From: Candidatus Omnitrophota bacterium
GTDB taxonomy: Bacteria; Omnitrophota; Gorgyraeia; S143-82
Reading direction: 5' to 3'
Assembly: GCA_015494465.1 (NCBI GenBank)
Contig: WGBD01000002.1
Location: 3,683 to 67,682 of the forward strand
Length of the DNA stretch: 64,000 nt
The notes under the pieces are model-generated. The model had not been told where the DNA came from and made no database searches. It worked only from the letters and a program-made list of their open reading frames with translations. Shown one piece after another: positions 1 through 9,312 of the stretch (positions within the stretch are counted from its first letter, which is position 1; each line of letters opens with the position of its first letter). The position numbers and the translations under genes are program-made.

Positions 1-548
1 ACTCTGTCCAGTACCGCGTAGACCTTTGGTATAACCTTAAGCTTGTCCTCTTGAGCGGAGGTAGAAAGAAAGACTATACAGGATGTGGTCTTCCCGTCGG
101 GGGAAACGAAGTTTCGGACCAGGATTGGATTGGCCAAGACCCGTTTCTTTATCTCCTCCAAGGTGGATGGATCCACATCCTCGCTGAAAGGCGGTTGGGC
201 GTAGAAGTCCTCCCCCTCTCCCCATATGTCGCTCACCGTGGACAGGCCCTTGACCTCGTCTACGAAGTCTAGCGCCTCCAGGGCCTGGCTAACCTCCTGG
301 ACCTGCCTAATCCCCTCGGGTGAGAAGACCGAAGGATCTACCTTCCAGGCAACGATTATGCGATCGTCGCTACCAAACTGCCCTTTCCAGACCTCGAAGT
401 CGCGATAAGTCTTACTGGTCTTATCGTAGAATATGTCGATGGTCTTCTGGACCTGGATGCGAGGGAGAAAAGAGGCGAACAAGGCGGTAACGGAGAAGGC
501 TACCGCCAATATCAGAAGTGGCCTGATCTTTCTACCCCCCTGCCCCAT
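1..548 (-). CDS. RND/MMPL-family exporter, N-terminal fragment running off the left edge
   Basis: Manual minus-strand translation from ATG at 548 gives MGQGGRKIRPLLILAVAFSVTALFASFLPRIQ... (TM helix then large periplasmic loop), with no stop before position 1. It is absent from the ORF track because it is open at the window edge. Confidence 0.45.
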   Translation of the reverse strand, partial: MGQGGRKIRPLLILAVAFSVTALFASFLPRIQVQKTIDIFYDKTSKTYRDFEVWKGQFGSDDRIIVAWKVDPSVFSPEGIRQVQEVSQALEALDFVDEVKGLSTVSDIWGEGEDFYAQPPFSEDVDPSTLEEIKKRVLANPILVRNFVSPDGKTTSCIVFLSTSAQEDKLKVIPKVYAVLDR

Positions 549-560
549 GCAATTATTCTA

Positions 561-2216
561 TCACATCCGTTCGGGGGCAGAAACACCTAAAAGATTCAGT
601 CCCTCTTTAAGGGTGATACGCACCGCCCTTACCAGTCCCAGCCTAAAGAGGGAGAGATTGATCTCCTCTCCCAAGACGCGACACCTCTCGTAAAAGCGAT
701 GGAACTGCCCTGCCAGGGTTCTAAGGTATTCCACCATGGGATAGGGATCGAGGTCGAACAGACAGGCCTCCAAGGTATCGCGGAAGCGAAGTAAGGAGTT
801 GATCAGCTCCTGCTCTGCCTCGCTCTTGCTCACCGCAAAGACCTCTCGGAACTCGTCCGCGGAGGCCTGAAGATTGGCGGACTCCGCCATTTCGAGGATA
901 CGGCAGGCCCGGGCGTGGGCGTACTGCACATAATAAACGGGATTTTCGGGCGCCTGCCTCTTGGCCAGATCCATATCAAAGTCCAAGTGGCTGTCGGTCC
1001 TGCGCATCAACAAGAAGAAACGGGAGGCATCCACGCCCACCTCGTCCATCAGTTCGTCGATCGTGATGTACTGCCCCTGTCGGGTGGACATTGGCACGGG
1101 TTGGCCGTTCTTGTACAGGGTGACCAACTGCACTATTATCACCTTCAAGGCGGAGGGATCGTACCCCAAGGCGGACAGGACCGCCTTCACCCGCGGGATG
1201 TAGCCGTGGTGATCTGGTCCCCACATGTCTATGAGGAGCTCGTATCCCCTCTCGAACTTATCCCGGTGGTAACCGATGTCGGCGGTAAAGTAGGTGGGAT
1301 TGCCGTCGCTCTTTATCACCACCCTGTCCTTGTCGTCTCCGAAGCGGGAGGATGCAAACCAGATCGCACCGTCCTTCTCGTAGAGCAGGCCCTTCTCCCG
1401 GAGTTCTTCCAAAGCGGATTCTACCTTGCCCTGCTTCTCCATCAGCTCCTGAGAATACCAGTTGTCGAACTGCACGCCAAACCTCTCCAGTTCCTGCTTT
1501 ATTATCCCCAGTATCTCCCCCACTGCAAACCGGGAAAACTCCTCCAGAGGCACGGAATCAAGGTCCTCTATCCTGTCCCTCCAAACGCTCAGGAACTTGC
1601 TTGCGATGTCCTTTAGGTATTCGCCTCTATAGCCGCCCTCGGGTATCGTACAGCCCTGACCCAGCATCTCCTTGCACCGCTCCTTGAGGGACTCTCCCAA
1701 CAGACGGATCTGCACGCCCACATCGTTCAGGTAGTACTCCGTGGTCACCGAATGACCCGCATACCGCATTATCCGAGCCAAGGCATCGCCCACCGCAGCC
1801 TGTCGGGCGTGGGCCACCGAAAGGGGCCCGGTGGGATTGGCGCTTACGAATTCCAGAAGGACCTTCTTCCTCTCCACCTCGGGCAGGAAACCTGCCACCG
1901 GGACCTTTTTCAGCCTCAAGAGGTCGCACAGGTAATCCAGGACGAAAGAAGAAGACAGGAATATGTTGACAAACCCCGGTGGCTTTACCTCTATACGGGC
2001 GATAAGATCCTTTAACTCCGAACTCAACAGACGCCTGCGCAACTCCTCCCCTATCTCCACCGCAGGCCTGCCTAGGGCCTTTGCGTACTTCATCGCAACC
2101 GGGGTGTAAAGGTCACCGTGCTCGCGGGTCTTAGTAGGGAAGACCTCCACCTGAGGCGAGGGTTGCCCCATCTCCTCAAGGGCCTCGGCTATGGCCTTCT
2201 TCAACCTATCCTTCAT
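561..2216 (-). CDS. argS: arginyl-tRNA synthetase
   Basis: 551 aa. Class I aaRS with ArgS N-terminal domain and C-terminal anticodon-binding ...YYVQYAHARACRILE. Confidence 0.95.
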   Translation of the reverse strand: MKDRLKKAIAEALEEMGQPSPQVEVFPTKTREHGDLYTPVAMKYAKALGRPAVEIGEELRRRLLSSELKDLIARIEVKPPGFVNIFLSSSFVLDYLCDLLRLKKVPVAGFLPEVERKKVLLEFVSANPTGPLSVAHARQAAVGDALARIMRYAGHSVTTEYYLNDVGVQIRLLGESLKERCKEMLGQGCTIPEGGYRGEYLKDIASKFLSVWRDRIEDLDSVPLEEFSRFAVGEILGIIKQELERFGVQFDNWYSQELMEKQGKVESALEELREKGLLYEKDGAIWFASSRFGDDKDRVVIKSDGNPTYFTADIGYHRDKFERGYELLIDMWGPDHHGYIPRVKAVLSALGYDPSALKVIIVQLVTLYKNGQPVPMSTRQGQYITIDELMDEVGVDASRFFLLMRRTDSHLDFDMDLAKRQAPENPVYYVQYAHARACRILEMAESANLQASADEFREVFAVSKSEAEQELINSLLRFRDTLEACLFDLDPYPMVEYLRTLAGQFHRFYERCRVLGEEINLSLFRLGLVRAVRITLKEGLNLLGVSAPERM

Positions 2217-2583
2217 CCCCCACTCCCGACTCTATCCTCTCGGGATTCCTCCAGAGTCTCTCCAGATTGTAAAATGCACGAGCCTCCGGATCAAATATGT
2301 GTATCACCACATCCAGACAGTCCAAGACGACCCAGTTGTCGTCTCCGCCGGTGCGGGTATTCTTGAATATCCTGATCCCACGGCGTTTTAGATTCTCCTC
2401 GAGGTGCTCGCTTATCGTCTTTATCTGACGCAGACTCTCACCGGTGCATATCACGAAAAAGTCGGTGAAGTTGCACAGACCCCGAACATCCAGTACGGTG
2501 ATGTCCTGTGCCTTCTTCTCCTCAAGGAGCGACTTTATTATCCCTACCTTTTCCTCTGCGGGAAGGTTCCTGTACCTTGCCAT
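2206..2583 (-). CDS. rsfS: ribosomal silencing factor RsfS (Iojap)
   Basis: 125 aa. DFFVICTGESLRQ...NWVVLDCLDVVIHIF is typical RsfS. Confidence 0.9.
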   Translation of the reverse strand: MARYRNLPAEEKVGIIKSLLEEKKAQDITVLDVRGLCNFTDFFVICTGESLRQIKTISEHLEENLKRRGIRIFKNTRTGGDDNWVVLDCLDVVIHIFDPEARAFYNLERLWRNPERIESGVGDEG

Positions 2584-2591
2584 TCAGCCAG

Positions 2592-2735
2592 TTATTTCTT
2601 GCCAAGTATCTTGAACATCGCGGTGCCGCAATCCGGGCACTTACCTTTTACCGCCTTCCTCCCGTTCTTCATCGTTACCTCTTGGGCATCCACCATCTCT
2701 TTCTTTGCCTTGCACTTGACGCAATATCCCTCCAT
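2592..2735 (-). CDS. small zinc-ribbon protein (two CxxC pairs), 47 aa
   Basis: Manual translation gives MEGYCVKCKAKKEMVDAQEVTMKNGRKAVKGKCPDCGTAMFKILGKK. It is below the track's 60-aa cutoff and sits in the rsfS-lepB gap. Confidence 0.5.
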   Translation of the reverse strand: MEGYCVKCKAKKEMVDAQEVTMKNGRKAVKGKCPDCGTAMFKILGKK

Positions 2736-2750
2736 ACTTACCTCCTATAC

Positions 2751-3332
2751 TTACCTGATCTTCCCAATGCGGTTAGGAGGCCAGAAACGAAATACGACCT
2801 TCCCAACCAGGTTCTCTTCCGGCACGAACCCCCAATACCTGCTGTCCTTTGAATACAGGCTGTTGTCGCCGAGGACATAGTAGTGATGGGGAGGTACCTT
2901 TATCTTCATCCCCTCTCCCCCGTAGGGGCCCATGTTGTAATAGGTTATGTCCCTGAATGGCCCCTCCAGCAGGGGCTTGCCGTCCACGAATACCGTCCCG
3001 CTCTTTATCTCTACCGTCTCTCCGCCCTTGGCTATCAGGCGCTTTACGAAGTGCTTCTTGGGATCCAGAGGATAAAGGAACACTATTACATCCCCCCTTT
3101 GAGGATCCTTCCACTTGGGCAGTTTTATGTGGGTGAAGGGTATGCGAGGTCCGTACGGGAGTTTCCAGGCGATGACCCTGTCGCCTATCTTGAGGGTGGG
3201 AATCATAGACCCCGACGGTATCTTGTAGACTTGAAAGATAAAGGTGCGGATCAGTATCGCAAGGACCGCAGCGATTACTATCGCCTCGGTCCACTCCTTT
3301 ATCTCCCTTATAAGCCATTCTTTAAAGGACAT
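2751..3332 (-). CDS. lepB: signal peptidase I
   Basis: 193 aa. N-terminal TM, SGSMIPTL (Ser box), KRLIA (Lys box), GDNSLYSKDSRYWG. Confidence 0.9.
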   Translation of the reverse strand: MSFKEWLIREIKEWTEAIVIAAVLAILIRTFIFQVYKIPSGSMIPTLKIGDRVIAWKLPYGPRIPFTHIKLPKWKDPQRGDVIVFLYPLDPKKHFVKRLIAKGGETVEIKSGTVFVDGKPLLEGPFRDITYYNMGPYGGEGMKIKVPPHHYYVLGDNSLYSKDSRYWGFVPEENLVGKVVFRFWPPNRIGKIR

Positions 3333-3343
3333 ACCGGATGTCT

Positions 3344-4414
3344 TCAGCAGAGCTCCCTGATGTACTCCACCACCAGATCCCCCACCTCGCTGGTGGAGTA
3401 TCCCATCTTCCCTGCGGATAGGCTCTTCAACTTCTCCGCAGTGACCTTCATCACCGCCTTCTCAAGGCATTGGCTGGCCTCTTCCTCGCCCAACCACTCC
3501 AGCATCATCCCCCCTGCGCATATCGCAGCGAGGGGATTGATCACATTCTTGCCGGTGTACTTGGGCGCAGATCCCCCGATGGGCTCAAACATGGAGACCC
3601 CTTCGGGATTGATGTTTCCTCCTGCCGCAATACCCATCCCCCCTTGTATGATTGCACCCAGATCGGTGATGATGTCCCCGAACATGTTGTCGGTCACTAT
3701 CACATCAAACCACTCGGGATTCTTCACCATCCACATACAGGTCGCATCCACGTGGGCGTAGTCCCTCTGCACATCGGGATACTCCCGTCCCACCTCGTGG
3801 AACACCCTCTCCCAGAGGTCAAATGCATAGGTCAGGACATTCGTTTTACCGCAGAGGGTCAACTTCTTCTTTTTGTTGCGCTTACGGGTGTAATCAAAGG
3901 CATAACGGATGCACCTCTCCACCCCCTTGCGGGTGTTTATGCTCTCCTGTATGGCCACCTCGTCCTTGGTGCCCTTCCTCAGGAATCCACCCGCTCCACA
4001 GTAGAGGCCCTCGGTGTTTTCCCGCACTACTACGAAGTCTATGTCCTCCGGTCCCTTGTCCTTCAGAGGCGTCCACACCCCGGGATACAACTTCACCGGC
4101 CTCAGGTTGATGTACTGATCCAACTCAAACCGCAGGCGCAGGAGTATTCCCCGCTCCAGTATGCCGGGCTTTACATCGGGATGACCTATCGCACCCAGGT
4201 ATATCGCCGAGACCTTCTTCAACTCCTCCAGCACCGAATCCGGCAGGGTCTCGCCGGTGCGCAGGTACCTCTCTCCTCCCAGATCGTAATCTATGAAGTT
4301 GAGTTTGAACCCGAACTTATCCGCAAGGGCGGAAAGGACCTTCTTGCCCTCTCTGATCACCTCCGGCCCGGTCCCATCGCCGGGTATGACCGCTATATCG
4401 TAAGACCTCGCCAT
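3344..4414 (-). CDS. leuB: 3-isopropylmalate dehydrogenase (isocitrate/isopropylmalate DH family)
   Basis: 356 aa. GDGTGPEV..., NLRP, GSAPKYTGKNVINP. Its position next to leuC supports the call. Confidence 0.8.
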   Translation of the reverse strand: MARSYDIAVIPGDGTGPEVIREGKKVLSALADKFGFKLNFIDYDLGGERYLRTGETLPDSVLEELKKVSAIYLGAIGHPDVKPGILERGILLRLRFELDQYINLRPVKLYPGVWTPLKDKGPEDIDFVVVRENTEGLYCGAGGFLRKGTKDEVAIQESINTRKGVERCIRYAFDYTRKRNKKKKLTLCGKTNVLTYAFDLWERVFHEVGREYPDVQRDYAHVDATCMWMVKNPEWFDVIVTDNMFGDIITDLGAIIQGGMGIAAGGNINPEGVSMFEPIGGSAPKYTGKNVINPLAAICAGGMMLEWLGEEEASQCLEKAVMKVTAEKLKSLSAGKMGYSTSEVGDLVVEYIRELC

Positions 4415-4512
4415 AAACGACCTCCTTGAAACATCAGAGACCTATTTTACTTCACAACCACCCCAAACACAAACCATTATTACAACCCTACCGGATACAG
4501 AGGGTTATGACC

Positions 4513-5769
4513 TTAATTGAGGTACTTCCGCGGATCTGCTATTCGGCCTTCCAAGGCGGTCGCAGCTGCAACCAGAGGTGAACCGAGGTAGATAAAGGCA
4601 TTGGGATTGCCCATACGCCCTTTGAAGTTGCGGTTGGCGGTTGAGAGGACCCGCTCCCCGTCGGCAGGTACACCGTTGTGCGTGCCCACGCACGGCCCGC
4701 AACCGGGAGTCACCACTGCAGCGCCTGCCTCCACGAAGGTCCTGATTATACCATCGTCTATCGCCCTGATAAGGACCTCCCGGGAGGCAGGTGCAACGAT
4801 GAACCTCACATTCGGAGAGACGCGCCTGCCCTTGAGGAGCTCCGCAGCCATCTTGAGGTCCGAGTATCGCCCGTTGGTGCAGGTGCCGATGTAGACCTCG
4901 TCTATTGGTGTGCCCTCTACCTCGGAGATGTCCACCACATTGTCCACCGCGTGCGGACAGGCTATCTGGGGCACGAGACTGCTTATATCAAACTCGTACT
5001 CAGCGCAGTACTCCGCATCCGGATCGGCATATACCTTCTCGTAAGGCCGTCTCGCCCTGCCGGACAGAAACTCGTCCACCACCTCGTTGGGCGGGAGGAT
5101 AGCGGCCTTTGCTCCCATCTCAACGCCCATATTCGCTATAGTAAACCTCCCCTCCATGTCCAGCGCATCTATTACCTCACCGTAAAACTCCACCACCTTG
5201 TAGGTGGCACCGTTCACCGTGAGTTTCCTTATTATGTGCAGGATAACATCCTTGGCAGTGACGCCTTTAGGGAGTTTCCCCTTTACGGTTATCTTTATCG
5301 TCTCCGGCACCTTGAACCAGTTCTTACCGCTGGCCAAGGTGACTGCCAGATCCGTGGAACCCACACCCGAGGCAAACGCCCCCAATGCCCCATAGGTACA
5401 AGTGTGGGAATCCGCCCCCAAGACCAGATCCCCGGGCAGGACCGCACCCGACTCCGGTACCACCGCGTGGCAGACCCCGTCGCCTATCTCAAACAGTTTC
5501 ACCCCGTACTCCTTGGCAAACCTGCGCATCTTGTCGTGCACCCGGGAGACGCCCAGATTGGGTGAGGGCGCGCTGTGGTCTATCACCATAGAGAACCTGT
5601 CCTTCAAGGCGAGGTCCTTTATCCCCCACTCCCTTATCCGGTCTATGATTATCATACTGGTGCCGTCCTGACCGAAACAGTAATCCACATCGCATATCAC
5701 GAAGTCCCCAGCCTTGACATCCTGACCACTGTGCGCAGACAGTATCTTCTCAGCGATAGTCTTACCCAT
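4513..5769 (-). CDS. leuC: 3-isopropylmalate dehydratase large subunit (aconitase family, archaeal-type LeuC/HacA)
   Basis: 418 aa. MGKTIAEKILSAHSG... aconitase_C-less large-subunit architecture with Fe-S ligand cysteines. Confidence 0.85.
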   Translation of the reverse strand: MGKTIAEKILSAHSGQDVKAGDFVICDVDYCFGQDGTSMIIIDRIREWGIKDLALKDRFSMVIDHSAPSPNLGVSRVHDKMRRFAKEYGVKLFEIGDGVCHAVVPESGAVLPGDLVLGADSHTCTYGALGAFASGVGSTDLAVTLASGKNWFKVPETIKITVKGKLPKGVTAKDVILHIIRKLTVNGATYKVVEFYGEVIDALDMEGRFTIANMGVEMGAKAAILPPNEVVDEFLSGRARRPYEKVYADPDAEYCAEYEFDISSLVPQIACPHAVDNVVDISEVEGTPIDEVYIGTCTNGRYSDLKMAAELLKGRRVSPNVRFIVAPASREVLIRAIDDGIIRTFVEAGAAVVTPGCGPCVGTHNGVPADGERVLSTANRNFKGRMGNPNAFIYLGSPLVAAATALEGRIADPRKYLN

Positions 5770-5855
5770 AATCCCTCCCGTAGATTAGGCTCCACCTACA
5801 CCAAGCAGGACGCAAGGGATTTTATCCCAAGAGAAAGGCGTCGGTCAAGTGCGGA

Positions 5856-7157
5856 TTAAAAGCTGTACCGCACCCTCACATAGACGTTGCTGTTCCGGTC
5901 CACCTGTCCGAAGTCGGTCCAGTTGTCCTTACCCCACATAAAGTTCGCCCCCACCGTGACCGTCCAGTTGTCGTTGACATCGTAGGAAACCGAGGGCCTC
6001 CAGTAGGTGTCCTCCTCATCCGGTGACCAGAACACGAACAAACTCAGGGTAAGGGTCTGCTGCCACAGTTGCTTGGTGAGGCGCAGGGTGAGGGTGTGCT
6101 TATCCACATCCGAAGGGATGTCCCCGGGCATAAGGGAGTGCAGGTACTCGTCGTAGTCCAGCATGTATTCGTACTGCCACTGCATCCCTATCCGGAAGTC
6201 GTGGCCCATGTCCTTCTCGTATCCCAGCAAGAGCTTCACCTTGGAGTTGGGTATCTCCCGTATCTCCCCGTCTTCGTCTTCCTTGCTGTAATAATAACCG
6301 AATTCCACATTTCCGATACCCCTAAAGACAGGACCCCTGAAACTCGCACCGTATACCTCCAGATTGGGATAATACACCTCGTAGTTGGACTGGTCGGCAA
6401 ATCCGGTGGGATTCTTGTAAAAGCCGTCAAAGTAGTATAGGGCCCACTCGTAACTGCCGACACTCCCGTACAGCCGCGCTGCGTACTCGCTGTTGCTTAT
6501 CTTCCGGGACCTGTCCACTATGGTCATCACCGAATCCCTTCCCGCAACCCTCTGGAGGTAGGGATCCCAGAAGGAGACCCTCTCTCCTATCGGAACGGTA
6601 TCGGGGATGAACTCCGGTATCCAGACTATGTCCAATGAGGCCCTGTCCCAGAACATAGACACCCTTATCGCATCCGATGGCTTCTTTAGATACTCGTCGT
6701 CCCGGCCGATGTAAAAGGAGACATAGTCCTTGGGGAACAGGTCGTTTATGAACAGGTAATCCCCCGTACCCCAGGTGAGTATCTGCCTTCCCGCCTTGAC
6801 ATCCATCCAGTCAAACGGACTAAACGAGACATTCAATTCCCTCACCTTGTAATTCATCGTGGTGTCGAAGTACTCGTCCAATACGCCTTCCAGTTTCACA
6901 TTCAACTGGGCGCCCCAATCCGCAAGGAGATCGTTGGCGTCCAGATCCATACGGGTCTTTAACTGGAAGTGTATCTCCGCCAGATTGTATTCGTCGTGCT
7001 TGGTGTCGTCCTCGTGGAGTTTTAGCCCATAACTGCCTTCTACAAAGCCCCTTATCCACGGCCCGGAGCCGAACAGCCTGAAGGCAGACCACCCATCGAG
7101 ACCAATGCCCAGGATTAATAAAGAGACCAATCCCGCGATAAACAAACCTCTACCCAA
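5856..7157 (-). CDS. outer-membrane beta-barrel protein (hypothetical)
   Basis: 433 aa. Signal peptide, alternating amphipathic strands rich in Y/W/F, C-terminal ...RVRYSF (terminal Phe). TTG start preceded by AAGGAGG. Confidence 0.5.
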   Translation of the reverse strand: MGRGLFIAGLVSLLILGIGLDGWSAFRLFGSGPWIRGFVEGSYGLKLHEDDTKHDEYNLAEIHFQLKTRMDLDANDLLADWGAQLNVKLEGVLDEYFDTTMNYKVRELNVSFSPFDWMDVKAGRQILTWGTGDYLFINDLFPKDYVSFYIGRDDEYLKKPSDAIRVSMFWDRASLDIVWIPEFIPDTVPIGERVSFWDPYLQRVAGRDSVMTIVDRSRKISNSEYAARLYGSVGSYEWALYYFDGFYKNPTGFADQSNYEVYYPNLEVYGASFRGPVFRGIGNVEFGYYYSKEDEDGEIREIPNSKVKLLLGYEKDMGHDFRIGMQWQYEYMLDYDEYLHSLMPGDIPSDVDKHTLTLRLTKQLWQQTLTLSLFVFWSPDEEDTYWRPSVSYDVNDNWTVTVGANFMWGKDNWTDFGQVDRNSNVYVRVRYSF

Positions 7158-7197
7158 AGTCTACCTCCTTTTTTCTCTAAGGATATCGAGGCAAAGA

Positions 7198-7998
7198 TTA
7201 CAGTTTTATCCACTTCTTCGGCGGACGGCGCAGATACCGCTCGGTGAATATGTTCTCAGGGATGCCCAGATTGTACTCCACGGACTTGTAGTCCAGATCG
7301 GTATGCCCACCCGTCTCAAGGTTCGTTGCCCGGGCCTTGGTTACCGTTGGATAGCCCTGTATGTCCTTTATCTCCAGTACCTCTATCGTGCGGAAGAGTT
7401 TTCCAGTACCGTCGTAATACTCAAACTTCACCGGGACGAAGTTGTCCTTTCTTATCTGCACTATGTAATAGGCGAACTCAACCGTCTCCGGTCGCTTGGG
7501 AACACACTTTATCACATAGACATCGTCTTTTTCCTCAACGAGCTCGTGGGTATCCTGATCCCTTGTTCTTCCCGAGATGTCCTCATAAACGAAGTCCGAC
7601 CCCACGAAACTGGACCTCTTATCCGTGGCCGCGATCCGCCTCACCAGATCCAATGCCGGCAGGTACAGCCACCTGTCGTCGTCCCTGCCGAGGTGCTTCC
7701 AGACCATGTAAACCATACCCTCAACATCGGGGGGTTCTAAGAAATACACATAGTATTTCTGTTCCTTATCCTCCTCTATATCTTTTCGCAACATAACGAT
7801 GTTTCGCTTTCTAACCCTGCCTTGGGAATCTACTATCTTCATAATTACATTGACCTTCATGTCGTCACCCTGATAGAAGGCGACATGGATTGCCTTGTCC
7901 ACTATCTCATCCGCGGTAAGGGCGAGGCCTCTCCCGGAATAGACTATTCCCAACATCATCGCCATCCCCAACATAAGCAAAATCCTCTTACCCATCAT
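7198..7998 (-). CDS. LolA-like outer-membrane lipoprotein-sorting family protein
   Basis: 266 aa. Signal peptide and a LolA-like fold signature (SDFVYEDISGR...). The family is usually the partner of MMPL/RND exporters. Confidence 0.55.
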   Translation of the reverse strand: MMGKRILLMLGMAMMLGIVYSGRGLALTADEIVDKAIHVAFYQGDDMKVNVIMKIVDSQGRVRKRNIVMLRKDIEEDKEQKYYVYFLEPPDVEGMVYMVWKHLGRDDDRWLYLPALDLVRRIAATDKRSSFVGSDFVYEDISGRTRDQDTHELVEEKDDVYVIKCVPKRPETVEFAYYIVQIRKDNFVPVKFEYYDGTGKLFRTIEVLEIKDIQGYPTVTKARATNLETGGHTDLDYKSVEYNLGIPENIFTERYLRRPPKKWIKL

Positions 7999-9299
7999 TC
8001 CACCTCCCCTGCTTTATCCTCCACCGATACGCTTTTAATCTTTACCGACACCTTCGCCTGTTTAGTCTCTGATTCTTCTTTAGAGCCTGTCTTCTTCACT
8101 ATCCTATCTACCGTATCGTCGTCGCCCTTGTAATAGAAGTCGTTCCACAGGACCCGCTGTATTCTGGGGCCCTTGTCCTTTACGCAGAAGAGTCCTACAC
8201 CCAACGGGATTCTGTGCAATACCGGTGAAAAGCGCACAGGTTTATCCAATCCCACATCTATAGGCGTGGCTTCCGCCAAAGTGAATATCTTGAACACCGA
8301 GGTCCCCTTTGCCTTGCGCAGTATCTCCACCATAAGTTTTGCAGCGATGTATCCGTGCAGGGAGATGAAGCAGGGCTTTATGTCGGGTGAAAACCGATGA
8401 ATTGCCTCCAGATACTCTCTGACCACCTCGTATCGCAGATCCTTGGGATGGGGAACCACCTGCGTAAAATAGAATTTACACCCGACGATCTTATCGGCTA
8501 TCTTCTTTATATAACTCCAGGGGAACACCGAGGAAAATGCCACTACATAGGGAAACCTCTTTGCATCTATCTTTTTTATCATCTCCTCAAAAAAAACCAT
8601 AGATTCGTCTGTGCTTGCCGCCAATACTATAAGATCCGGATGGAACTCTATAAGTTGGGTGCGGGCCATCGTATCGTTGACATTCACCATTATAGGTTTT
8701 ACCCCAAACTTAGAAATGTAGTATTTGACCTCATCGGCCAGGAACTTAGATGTACAAGTATCGTCATATACTATCCCCATATTGTATATCCCCTTTTCAC
8801 GCATAAAATAAGTGAGCATTAATTCTATTTCATCGAAATAGAAAGGATCTATAGAATAAAGCTTATCTTTTATGTCCTCTTTTATAAATCTCTCAGAGGT
8901 GAGCGGGAAGAAGAAGGCTACCTCTTCCCCTTCTCTTTCTATGTAATCCACCGCTGCCCGAACGGCCGGCCCACCCACATAACCGGCAAGGACATCTGCC
9001 CCCCAATCAATTAACGACTTGGTGTTGGATTCGGCCTTGGCCTCTTCCCCTCCGTCGTCCAAGACCTTCCACTCTATCCTCTTCCCGTTTATTCCCCCCT
9101 CACTATTTGCCTTCTTGAAGTACAATTCCCATCCCTCAAGGTATCCCTTACCTATTTTGGACAAAGGGCCGGTCAACGGGCAGGATATACCAACCTTGAC
9201 GCTATCCTTATTACCACTATCGGCAGAGGCTCCAAATCCCGCTACAGATAGGATAAACCCCACGAGAACGAAAATTAGACCCCAATACTTACACCTCAT
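7995..9299 (-). CDS. ABC transporter substrate-binding protein (LivK/Peripla_BP_6-like)
   Basis: 434 aa. Signal peptide, GISCPLTGPLSKIGKG... is typical of branched-chain amino acid-type SBPs. Confidence 0.7.
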   Translation of the reverse strand: MRCKYWGLIFVLVGFILSVAGFGASADSGNKDSVKVGISCPLTGPLSKIGKGYLEGWELYFKKANSEGGINGKRIEWKVLDDGGEEAKAESNTKSLIDWGADVLAGYVGGPAVRAAVDYIEREGEEVAFFFPLTSERFIKEDIKDKLYSIDPFYFDEIELMLTYFMREKGIYNMGIVYDDTCTSKFLADEVKYYISKFGVKPIMVNVNDTMARTQLIEFHPDLIVLAASTDESMVFFEEMIKKIDAKRFPYVVAFSSVFPWSYIKKIADKIVGCKFYFTQVVPHPKDLRYEVVREYLEAIHRFSPDIKPCFISLHGYIAAKLMVEILRKAKGTSVFKIFTLAEATPIDVGLDKPVRFSPVLHRIPLGVGLFCVKDKGPRIQRVLWNDFYYKGDDDTVDRIVKKTGSKEESETKQAKVSVKIKSVSVEDKAGEVE

Positions 9300-9312
9300 A
9301 CCTGCCCTCCCA

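Noticed and set aside
3470-4429. Long plus-strand ORFs listed in the track. Examples are 3470-4429 (319 aa), 915-1616, 9019-9951, 26741-27718, 23299-23943, 41193-41954, 43032-43640 and 44191-44829.
   Set aside because: Each lies antisense to a well-supported minus-strand gene (leuB, argS, SBP/MCP, nusA, valS, flagellin, radical SAM, prmC). Their products are low-complexity (Pro/Arg/His/Gly-rich) with no motifs. These are shadow ORFs typical of high-GC DNA.
4415-4512. Hairpin AACCCT...AGGGTT between leuC and leuB as a terminator.
   Set aside because: No U-tract follows. The 100-bp gap more likely holds only the leuB RBS.
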